From Pavona decussata (Eukaryota), in contig CDRNST010000067.1 in the NCBI GenBank assembly GCA_977016875.1, forward strand, positions 5,022,001-5,086,000: 64,000 bases of DNA, in the 5' to 3' direction. Positions 12,701 to 25,100 of the stretch are shown here, piece by piece. The position numbers were made by a program, and so were the translations under genes. Each line of letters opens with the position of its first letter. Positions within the stretch are counted from its first letter, which is position 1. Below the pieces are notes generated by a model. The model had not been told where the DNA came from. It worked only from the letters and a program-made list of their open reading frames with translations, and did not search any database.

Positions 12701-15700
12701 AGCTAAGGTATTTTCTAATGGTGATAACTGTGTGGTCCATTTTTGATTACAGACCAAGGAACCTGTCATAGCAGATGCTGCGCAACTTATGAAGCTTGCT
12801 TTGGATTGTGTTTATATCACTAAGAGGTATGTCTTCCCTCCCGTCTCAGATGCGCTCCCAATTAATTGTAATAATGAAGATAATCATCGTCATCATCATC
12901 ATCATCATATTATTATTATTGTCATTATCATTAACACTTGTTTTATTAACAGGTTTGATCAGTTGGACCTGTCTTTCAGCATACTGGAGTGCCTGCCAGC
13001 CAGTGATGATGAGTGAGTCAACTTGTATCATTGAACAAACTAATTATGTAAAGTGCTGCTCAGGCTTTGGTACCCTGGAGACTCTATCCTGGACATTCAT
13101 ACACGACCTGTCACTCCTTCAACATGCCCTAGTTAAACATGTTTTACATGTTTTACACTTAACTTCATTGACAACATTTGCAAATAAAAAGGTACAGGAC
13201 AATAATTATTGCTAAATAACCAAGCAGTTGTTTGAAGAAGTACATCTGGGCGCAGCAACAAAGGAAAAAACACAAATTTAAGTGTCAACAACGCAGAAAG
13301 AAATTTGATCAGCTTTGTGCACCGAACACATTTATTAAGAAGTGTGAGAATTGTCAGGAATGATGCAGTGAAGCAATGAAAAGGTCAGCTATTTGCCTAC
13401 ACAAGTTATCTCTGCATTCAAGTGATTCTGAAATCTGATAGTGCTATTGTAGAAAAATGAATAGGTCAACTTTTTTGGAGGGGAAATTGTTAAAGAAAGT
13501 GATCTATGAAAAGAAAAGAGGTATTACTTGAACAATTGAGAAGGAAAACCCCAGTGGAATGACTGCAATACACACCATTCTTATATTTGTCTGCATGGTA
13601 TGACAATGTGACATGGATTCCAAGCACACTAACAATCCTACACCAAGGTCCAAAACTATGGAATTCCTTTCTGCAGAATTTGACTCAGTCATTCATCTTT
13701 TCTAGCTTTAAAATTTCCCTGAAAAAGTACCTTATCGCCAAAGCACAAAACTAAACTTGTCCATCTTTGATATGCTTTATACACTTATCTAGTTTACCTT
13801 CCAAATTATATGAGGAAGCCTAATGCTTTATAAGCTTTGTAGTTTCTTTTAGGTTTCCTTGCCACTTTTAACATTTAATCTGATGAACCTTACTTGTATT
13901 GTAGCCTTTGTTTGATTTATATTACAGTGTCCAAACAAATAAATAAATGATATGACACAAATTATGAATTACAAAACATTTTTTTAAGACCAGATTTTGA
14001 GGGAACGTGACTGGCTTATACTCAACTATTTGTGGTATTGATAAACATTGAGATGCACCTTTCTCTGATAGCCTTTTTTAAACAAATTCTCCTGTCAACA
14101 CAAATTCTCCAAAGTGTTACTAGTGTCATTTAAACTTCTTAACACCGTCCTCAGAAAGTCATTTGGTCACCAGGTCCATCAGAGATCCATTTTCTATCTC
14201 TGGTTGTGCTTTTGCATACTTTTCTTTTTTTCTTCTTTTTTTTTTTTTCAACAACCAAGGTGTTTGATGTTCACTCACTGATATTATGTTAATTACACTT
14301 AGTTAAGGGGAAGTTAGGAGAAAAGAAAACATAAAAATACTTGTAAGTGATGCTGTTTGTTTTGTTACAGTGTACTATCAGATCAGATCAGACAGCTAAA
14401 CAAACAAGTGGATCAGCTAGAGGTTTATTTATGGTGAGTTCGTAGCACATAGTTCTGTAGTTCGTTCATAGTTTGTAGCACATAGTTCTGAAAAGGATAA
14501 CCTGAAATTGCTGACAGTTACAAATCCCCAAAGGCAGGCATAAATGAAAATATTAAGGCTGTTATTTAACCTGTAAAAATAGCACTTGCTATTCAACAAT
14601 GGATGAAGAAGACAGGGTTAGTGCAGACCTTGAAAGGCTTTTAAAATCCTAAAATATTGCATTACAAGTTCTTACAATCTGTAGTTTGTATTTTTTATTC
14701 CATGTTCAAAAAAGTGAGGTTTTTCGCAAATGAACTGTTTTTAAACAAAAACAAGCAAGGTAAGAAAAGTGAACAACATTTTAATGTCCTCAAGACATCA
14801 TTGTGAAATTCAAATGATCTACCCATACGTTAATTAGCATTGTGAAGTTTTATATTTACCACGTTTTGGCATCTGTTTGGTTTAAGTAAGTGGTCTCATA
14901 TAGATTAGGCCTTTTTTCTAAGCATATAGCTTTGTGCTGATTAAGTCTGATTAAGTTCTGAATTTAAAAGTAGAAAGTTTGGTTACTTTCATAACTCTAT
15001 GTCATAAGCAGGGTTGGCACAGTTTCAAGAGGGCTTTTTTTGCCCCCTCCCCCATGTCCCGTTCTCCTCCCTTTGTAGAACCAACCTTCCATAATTCTAA
15101 TGTATGATGACCTGCATGTGGATTTATTTATTCTATCTAGACTAAAACAAAACTTTATGAGCATACATATATTATGTCGTGTTATGCTAAATTTCTGTTT
15201 ATTCTGTTGTTGATATTTCAAGTTAATTGTTTGTCTCGTGATTATTTAGCATAGGTGTTGAGCGCTACATTTCGACCACTTTTCTGGTCTTCATTTCATT
15301 CTTGTTATTCAGACTACATGATGTTCCCTCAGTGGCTGGAAGTGGTACCGATCAGCTGTTGTGTTGTTTGATCATAGGCAACCAAGCTCCTTCGTTTTCA
15401 ATTCCATTATCCCTATTGATGTTGTCAGAGTAAAGTCTTACGTGAATGACCTCTTTAACCCGGCAGGTGTACCGGTGTGTGTCACGGTCAATAACCGTAA
15501 CCCTGTCCAAGGACAGGTGGTGTCAGGTCTCATTAGAATGTTGTGAAACTGCTGACTTCTGAGTAAGAGCAAGCTGTAGCTTGCTATCATCTTCCTTAAT
15601 CTGTTCATGCAATATAGCCTATATTTCCTATATTTCCAATATAGGCTTTGCCACGTTTGTAGGGAATCTTGTAAGCTACACAGTCCTTAGGTCACACTAA

Positions 15701-18700
15701 GTGTGATCTAAGTGTTATTTCAGATGTAAAAACAGTCTTGTTGTAAGCAACAGTGAAGAGGCTCTGATACCCCTTTGATACATAACAGAACCAGGATTGA
15801 TTTTTTTTGCATGTAGATTTTTTCTGGCTGTTTGTCTCTACACACATCACAAAATCTTTATGTCTCTAGAATTAAGTGACGTTTTTCACAAGCAAAGATA
15901 GATATCCATTAGAAACAAGAACTGAAGATAAGTGCCTCTTTTCTCCTGAGATATGACCAATATTAGTAATGAGGTGTTTGGATTGATCGTATAAGCACTT
16001 GACAACACTGCATTGTACTGATTGAGGGTGGTGTGAATTATAGGCTAGGCATTGGCCAATGTGTAAAGGCTTCTATAAACACTGGTAGTGAGGCATCCGT
16101 CCAAATCTCTTGTAACCAGTGTCAAGAAAGGGGATTTGTCAATTTCAGTTTCCATTGTGAAATGGATTGTCGGCTGTTGACCACTGAGGTATTGTAAGTG
16201 GTGGCTACATTTATTATTTGGCTACATTTCTTTTACATTCTGCTGGATTTTCGTTTACCTTGTTTGGTTTTCTTTAGAAATGTTTAGTTTGTTTTGATCG
16301 TGGCTTTGCTTTCCTTTTTGCCGGTTTCTTGCACTTCACAGCTAAATGATTTCAATATCGTAATTTAGCCAATAACAGACCACACCACACTGTCTATGCA
16401 TTAGCCAATCACAGGCCAGGATTTCGTACACATAGTCATAACATGCTTTTTGTAAACAACGTCACATAATTTCACTTACAGTAGGCATTTTTTCCTCAAG
16501 CATCCTTGCCTGCTCTCACTGCCCTTTGTGTGACCTTTGTATGTGCTCAAGAGGGACAATGCCACACTTTTTTGACTTGGTTACATTTTGGCGTAGTCAG
16601 CAGGATTGGTGTTTGAGGGTCTAAATTGAACTAAGAAGATAGAGGGTGGCAGAAGCAGGGCAATTTGGACCCCATGGCAAACGTTTTTTGGCATTATGGA
16701 GTCCCAAAGCGCATTCACTCAGATCAAGACCAAAACTTTGAGAGAAAATTGGTGCAAAAACTATGCAAGCTTTATGAAGTGGAGAAGAGCATAACAGAAC
16801 TCTACTGTCAATGAGAGCAGTTTAACCATGCCCTAGATGAACTCCCCCGGTCTCTACCTCCTACAAAGAAGAGAAGGGAGGCAGAGTATCTTCCAGAGCT
16901 AGTCTATGTCCACAGCAGCATCCCCATTTCCTGCTGTTCTTCGGGAGAGAACCAGACCTTCTTTTTGACATCCGTCTGGAGGGAGGCTGTGAGCGTAATG
17001 TTCACCCAGGTTCAACTGGTTGAGAGCACACTGAGATCACATATGGTATGCTTGGGAAAAGGCAAGCAGCATCTCCAACATGCCACACATAAACGGAAAG
17101 CTAACAATGACAAGAAGCTGAATACCCCACCACTCAGTGTTGGCAACTTGCTTTACCTGCAGAGACAAGTTCAAGGGAGAGACAAGATACAGGATGCATG
17201 CTGGGAACCTGCAATGCTTGTTGTCACAGCTACACCAACTGTGGATGGAGGGCCATTCACAGTGCAACAGTACCTCCAATGAGGGTTCACAGAAGAGAGT
17301 TGCAGTTGTGTCCAGTTGGGCTGTCTTCCACAAGTCAACCTAGAGGCCACAGCTGAACAGTCTGCTCACCAGGGTTAGGCTCACCAGACGGTGAGTTCCA
17401 GTTTCTACAAAACTAATGCCCTGCACTGTCAAGTACTCCTCCAGTGACAGATCTGGCTGCTGCAGTTCAGGTTGCTGTCAGTGATGCTCAATCTTACCCA
17501 GATGTTCCAGTAGCATCTAGGAGGACCACACATGTTACAGCAGGCAAGCACAGAAATCCATGCAGACAGTTGCAGTCTGATGTTATGGCATGCTACATTA
17601 TGTGTACATTTTTTCATCTTGGGTTTAATGCTTACTAACTTTGAATCATAATTGACTCTTTACTGGAGGCCCCCATTCCGCTTTGATCAATCCTGGCTGC
17701 TCCGAAAATTTAAAGGCACTAGTGTGAAACAATCGCATTGTTCCCGAGGTGATGGAAGTGGGAAAATACGTGAAACAATAGTACTGTGGTGGTGGTGGAG
17801 ATGGGAAAATATGTGAAACGATAGTATTGTGGTGGTGGTGATGGGAAAATATGTGAAACAATAGTATTGTGGTGGTGGCGGAGATGGGAAAATATGTGAA
17901 ACAATAGTATTGTGGTGGTGGTGCAGATGGGAAAATACGTGAAAAAATAGTATTTGCTGGTGGTGGAAGTAGAAGATACGTGAAACAATAGTATTGTGGT
18001 GGTGGCGGAGATGGGAAAATGTGTGAAACAATAGTATTGTGGTGGTGGTGGAGATAGAAACTACGTGAAACAATAGTATTGTGGTGGTGGTGGAGATGGG
18101 AAAATGCATGAAACAATAGTATTGTGGTGGTGGTGCAGACGGGAAAATACGTGAAACAATAGTATTGTGGTGGTGGTGGTGGAGATGGGAAAATATGTGA
18201 AACAATAGTATTGTGGTGGTGGTGGAGATGGGAAAATACTTGGAACAATAGTATTGTAGTGGTGGTGGTGGTGGTGGTGGAAAAGGGAAAATACGTGAAA
18301 CAATAGTATTGTAGTGGTGGTGGTGGTGGAAGAGGGAAAATACGTGAAACAATAGTATTGTGGTGGTGGAGATGGGAAAATGCATGAAACAATAGTATTG
18401 TGGTGGTGGTGCAGATGGGAAAATACGTGAAACAATAGTATTGTGGTGGTTGTGGTGATGGCAAAATACATGAAATAATAGTATTGTGGTGGTGGTGGAG
18501 ATGAGAAAACACATGAAACAATAGTATTGTGGTGGTGGTGGAGATGGAAAAATACGTGGAAAAATAGTATTGTGGTGGTGGTGGAAGTGGAAGATACGTA
18601 AAAAAATAGCATTGTGGTGGTGGCGGAGATGGGAAAATATGTGAAACAATATTATTGTGGTGGTGGTGGAGATGGGAAAATACGTGAAAAAATAGTATTT

Positions 18701-21700
18701 TGCTGGTGGTGGAAGAGGGAAAATACGTGAAACAATAGTATTGTGGTGGTTGAGATGGGAAAATATATGAAACAATGGTATTGTGGTGGTGGTGGAAGAG
18801 GGAAAATATGTGAATGTGAAACAATAGTATTGTGATGGTGGTGGAGATAAGAAACTACGTGAAACAATACTATTGTGGTGGTGGTGGTGAGAAAATACAT
18901 GAAACAATAGTATTGTGGTGGTGGTGGTGATGGTAAAATACGTGAAACAATAGTATTGTGGTGGTGGTGGAGATGGGAAAATACATGAAACAATAGTATT
19001 GTGGTGGTGCTGGTGGTGGTGTTGATGGAAGAGGGAAAATACGTGAAACAATAGTATTGTGGTGTTGGTGGTGGTGGAAGAGGGAAAGTGCGTGAAACAA
19101 TAGTATTGTGGTGGTGGTGGAGATGGGAAAATACTTGAAACAATAGTATGGTGGTGGTGGTGGTGGTGGTGGTGGTGGAAGAGGGAAAATACGTGAAACA
19201 ATAGTAATGTAGTGGTGGTGGTGGAAGACAGAAAATACGTGAAACGATAGAATTGTGGTGTTGGAGATGGGAAAATGCATGAAACAATAGTATTGTGGTG
19301 GTGGTGGTGCAGATAGGAAAATACGTGAAACAATAGTATTGTGGTGGTTGTGGTGATGGGAAAATACATGAAATAATAGTATTGTGGTGGTGGCGGAGAT
19401 TGGAAAATGCGTAAAACAATAGTTTGTGGTGGTGGTGGAGATGGGAAAATACTTGAAACAATAGTATTGTAGTGGTGCTGGTGGTGGTGTTGATGGAAGA
19501 GGGAAAATACGTGAAACAATAGTATTGTGGTGTTGGTGGTGGTGGTGGAAGAGGGAAAATGCGTGAAACAATAGTATTGTGGTGGTGGAGATGGGAAAAT
19601 ATGTGAAACAATAGTATTGTGGTGGTGGTGGAGATGGGAAAATACTTGAAACAATAGCATTGTGGTGGTGGTGGTGGTGGAAGAGGGAAAATACGTGAAA
19701 CAATAGTATTGTAGTGGTGGTGGTGGTGGAAGAGGGAAAATACGTGAAACAATAGTATTGTGGGAGTGGAGATGGGAAAATGCATGAAACAATAGTATTG
19801 TGGTGGTGGTGCAGATGGGAAAATACGTGAAACAATAGTATTGTGGTTGTGGTGATGGGAAAATACATGAAATAATAGTATTGTGGTGGTGGCGGAGATT
19901 GGAAAATGCGTAAAACAATAGTATTGTGGTGGTGGTGGAGATGAGAAAACACATGAAACAAAAGTATTGTGGTGGTGGTGGAGATGGGAAAATACGTGAA
20001 ACAATAGTATTGTGGTGGTGGAGATGGGAAAATACGTGAAACAGTAGTATTGTGGTGGTGGTGGAAGAGGGAAAATACATGAAACAATAGTATTGTGGCG
20101 GTGGTGGTGGAGATGGGAAAATACATGAAGCAATAGTATTGTGGTGGTGGTGGAAGAGGGAAAATACGTGAAACAATAGTATTTTGGTGGTGGAGATGGG
20201 AAAATATGTGAAACAATAGTATTGTGGTGGTGGTGGAAGAGGGAAAATACGTGAAACAATAGTATTGTGGTGGTGGTGGTGGTGATGGGAAAATACATGA
20301 AACAATAGTATTGTGGTGGTGGTGGAGATGGGAAAATACCTGAAACAATAGTATTGTGGTGGTGGTGGAGATGGGAAAATACCTGAAACAATAGTATTGT
20401 GGTGGTTGAGATGATTAAATACGTGAAACAATAGTATTGTAGTGTAGTTTACAAGATCCCCTGCAAATATGGTGATTCTATATTGGAAAAACTAGAGCTT
20501 TTTTGTAATTGAAATTCCAGAACCGTGGCTGCCTATTATCAAACAACGCAACAGCCAATAAATTGGTACCACAGTGGACCCTTGAGGGAACAGTGTGTAA
20601 TCTGAACTATGAGGATTCAAATCCTCCAATCAATAATAACTAAAGCGAGGATTGAAATGCAGCAATCACCATCAACCATGGTGCTACTAAAATAATATTG
20701 ATACAGAGCCAGTCAACACCATCGCCTGATCAAAATCAGCAGTATAGCAGGCGAAATGTCACGATCCACACCTATGTTACACAATTGTGGGAAAAACAAT
20801 TAATTTGAACTATCATTTCAAACCCTGATGACTGATTAACACCTTTCATGGCATTATCCTGTTGTTTTTTGTAGTGCCTGTGAGACCCTAGCCAAACATG
20901 GTCTTCAAAAGCCAGTGTCCTTTGTTATGGAGACGCATGTAAGATTCAATTACAGTGTGATCACTATGTGAGCCAGTATACCACAAATACATGTTTTTGT
21001 AAATCACAGCTTTAAATTAGTGACTTATTCTGTTAATTTATAATGAGAAATGAGAGTAAGCGCACTTGAACATGTATATTTTATGGTCCATTTTAAGACA
21101 AGAAATATGCCAACCTTACTCTGTTTTGTTTTTTCGTAATCATCTTCAGTATGAAAGACAGTCCTACAAATGGATGTTACTTTTAATAGTGTTTTTATTT
21201 AACAATTCTGAATACCAGGCCATGTGAAAATTTGTGCAAACATTTTTCGTTTTCTCCAAACCAAACACTTGTTCAAGTTGTCACTCATTCAGTACAAGTA
21301 AATTATACCAGTTCACCTTTTAATTTCTAATGATTAACGTAAAAAACAGGTTACTACAAGAAAATATCACTTTCACATCCAAGGTCAAACCTGAGGGTTG
21401 TTTGATACACACAAATAGAGTCCAGACATTGCCAGACGTCTAGTTGTGGTTTGGTATTTCGCACAAATAGAGTCCAATGGTATATTCCCGAGTCCACTGG
21501 AGTATTGGGAATCTATTTGTGTTTAGGGTTATGATACCTTACCAGGAGCTGTTCATTGGAGTGACATGAATCATGTGGTCATGAACAAACTGGAACAGAG
21601 TTTATTGCACTTGCTTGATGTCGAGTCATGATATACTTAGAAAAAAAAACATGTATGTCGCTAGGTAGGATAGAAATATTGTTCATTGGGGTCACATGGA

Positions 21701-22086
21701 TCCCGTGGTCAGGAGTGGGTGGAAATGTTGTCCATTGGAGCGGAGTGGTCACAAGTGGATAAAAGAATGAGGCATAGACATACTTGTATTAGCTGATTTC
21801 CAGTTAGGTTGTTACAACTAGACTTCTCCGAAGTCTATCTGTCTCTACTTATTAACAGCAGGACTCAGTTGGTGTATATCGGACATGTGTGGATACAAAC
21901 CTATGTATTTCTTGTGTCTAATTGCTCAACAATAATATTAGAACCACTTTGTATGATGCAGTGTATGGTTAATCTCTACCTTTTTGTGCTCTGTTGATGT
22001 AGGGAAATTTAGAAGAAGCTAAAGCACTTATGGTAGCCTTGACAAAAGCTGCCACAAAGCGGTGAGTCAGCAAACTTACATTATCT

Positions 22087-22133
<47 letters not shown>

Positions 22134-25100
22134 TATAATAGATTATCACTGGTATATAATACATTATCATACATTATAATACATTATCAATGGTTGGGCG
22201 AAAGACTACTCAAGTCCTAGAGAGAATGCAGAAGGCGGTTTTATCGGCGACGCTGAACATTGCAGGAACTTTCAAAGTAGTAACATGTAATGTTTTATTA
22301 TACCAAGATTGATAGACCAGCCATGAATAGACCAGCTACGACCTTTTATACATTTTTATATAGACTGTGACTTTTATATATTTTTGTATATTTTATATTT
22401 TTAGACTATGACTTTTATATATTTTTATATATTTTATATTTTTTATATATGTAAATATATTTTATTGATTTATTCACGTGCTATTTTAAGTTTTGCTTGG
22501 CTCACAGGTTACGCTACGCGCCCTGTGTTGCTTTCCTATACTGAGCATACAGATAGTTTTACTGCACATAATAATAGTAATAATATTTATTACTTGATAT
22601 TGCGCAAATTAACATACTAATACATTGTCAATTGTGCATCACAATAAAACTAAAACTACCGATACAAACTAAACATATATGAATATACTGAATAATTAGA
22701 TGAATCTATCTGAGAAAAATAAATAATAGTAAATAATTATTTACAGCAAGTCTATTAAAACTAATTATAACAAAAAGAAAATATATATGTATAAAAAGAG
22801 AGTAAAATTTATGTACACCAATATTTAGTTAAAAGCTGTATGCAAGTCTAAAATAGTGAGTCTTCAACTGTTTCTTAAATATATCATAACTGTCCTACTT
22901 TCTAGTGCTCTCTAGTAAAATGTTCCAGATTTTATGGGCAGCTATTTTAAAAGCCCTATCCCCTAGTGTCTTCTTTGATCGCACACTGAAGTCCTCATGT
23001 AATATGCCCCCGTCCAATCTAATATTATATCTGAATGTACTCTTAACTTTGACTAGACCCCTTAGGTACTCTGGCGCGCTGCCATTGATAGATTACCTGT
23101 CACAGTGACTACTCATACGCTCAATGCATGCTAATTTGTCCTTTATAGTTGTCCCCCATTGAAAGAGAGTGACTGGAGTACCTTTCTTGGTGACATGTTA
23201 ACCTTGCAAAAAGAAGTTTATGCCTGCATTGATCCATCTGTGTGTTATGAGGTAGGACACCAACATTCTTCTGGATAAGGTTGTTTGTAAACCAAGTAAG
23301 CCATGCAATTGTTAATGCTTATCCAGGATTTAAAGACCAGTGTAATGTTGTTTAATTTTCAATCTCAGATCTACACAGAAACACTTCTTCATTCTGGTAG
23401 GAGGGAGTGTATCCTGTTAGCTGGTCGGATGATCTGCAAGACAGTTATGGAAGATGATTACCCTTTACCCACCAACCCTATATCTGGCCCTCGTATCAAG
23501 TGTTTCAAGGGTACAGAACTTGTTTTAGAAGCTGCGAAAGAGTACTTCAACTCCTCTGCTGATTTGTCTGACAAGGTCATGGACCTGGCAAAGGAGTGTT
23601 TAAATCTTATTGATGACCGATCACCTGCTCTGCAGGAAGAGTTTAACTTAATTGCTGCCTTGGCACTGCTGGATGATTTTGGAATCTCAATTCTTCCTTT
23701 GCAAGGTAAGTCGCATTTAAGATTTGATAGTTGATATAATTAATAAACACCATGGCTTTAAAGGATTCTCTTTCTCATTGTACCTAAGACCTCAGTTAGG
23801 CCATACTAATGAGTTAGTTTGTTGCATTTTGTGCTTTATTCACATAAAGTGTAGCAAACTGTTTAGGTATGTTCTTCTATGCAGTTACCTTGTTACACGA
23901 CGTCCTGGGGTAAAGACAATTTACATTTTGACCTTCGATGTTTAATCCATGAATGGAAAACAGGCTTAAAACAGTTTGCAGTTATTAAATACCTTGTTAG
24001 TAACAAATAAGCTGCTGGGATTTTCTCCGTTATATTTTGTATTTCATTCCTGAATCAATGGTTGGAATGTTTCCTTTGTAGTACGTTTGTGTGAAGACAA
24101 AGTTAGTTTGATCAGCCAGGTGCTGGAATCAACTACAACAGCATACAAAAAGAAACAGAAGGTAAAGTCACAACTAACATGATACAGGCAGTGTGATACT
24201 TTGATGTACAGGCCTATATAAAATTGTTATGGGGCTTTTTTATGGTTACCTGTTAATATAATGCATTATAGTTTAACAATAATTAGTTAGAGCTGGATTG
24301 TAATTTTTAGTTTTTGCATTTTTCCCAGATCCTCCATCTTGCCAGCCTTCTGCAGATTTCGGGCAGTGATGAAAAATCAAGGCGTGGCCGTGTGCTACTG
24401 TTGGTGGCAGAGGCTGCTATACAGGCATTGGACTATGAATTTGCATGTGAAACATGCCAGTGTCTGATATCAGAAGAATATATTCCTGTATGGACTATCT
24501 GCAGGTAAATATATTCCTTGAACAATTCTCCATATCTTTTGTTTGAAGGATAGAGGAACTCATTTATATGTCTTATCTTCCTTAATTATGCATACTTTTT
24601 CTATTAGACTTCTTGGAGAATGTGAAGAATTTAAAGATTTGAAGGCAAGGTAAGTTTTTCGTGGAGTAGTGACAAAGAGAGGGGTCTTATAATCATCACA
24701 TTACTGCACCTCAAATCACAAGAAACTTCGAACAGAACAATAAACAAAAATTGAGCTTGGCTGCTGTTAGTAGAATATGTGTGAATATCATGGTAATATG
24801 TTTGGTTTTTGAAACTAGCATAAATTACCAAGCCATGTGCTTGCTAGTTGCAGATCAGTAGCATGTCAATGGATTAAACTTGCTTCATTCAATTTGCGGC
24901 GTGGTTGTTCTTCTCCTCCCAATCGACAGCTACTGCAAAAGGAGCTGATAAATGCCTGAGGTGTTTATAAATGTGTATTAGTGCTTTTATTAGGAATAGG
25001 GCATTATTTCAGATAGGCATATATGATTTCCAGCAGTAAGTGCTTCATAGTTGACATTGGAAAACAAACATTACAACAAATGGATATCACATGGATACCA

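Noticed and set aside
17646-20431. Long minus-strand ORFs (392-914 aa) as a protein-coding gene
   Set aside because: They lie entirely in a minisatellite, are open in all three frames because the unit lacks TTA/CTA/TCA, and unit lengths do not preserve frame.
17761-20437. CRISPR-like repeat/spacer array
   Set aside because: The variable parts are only GGT copy-number changes, not unique spacers; eukaryotic intron, no cas genes.
17717-20444. CACTA element boundaries (CACTA...TAGTG) around the minisatellite
   Set aside because: No extended TIR and no matching TSD.
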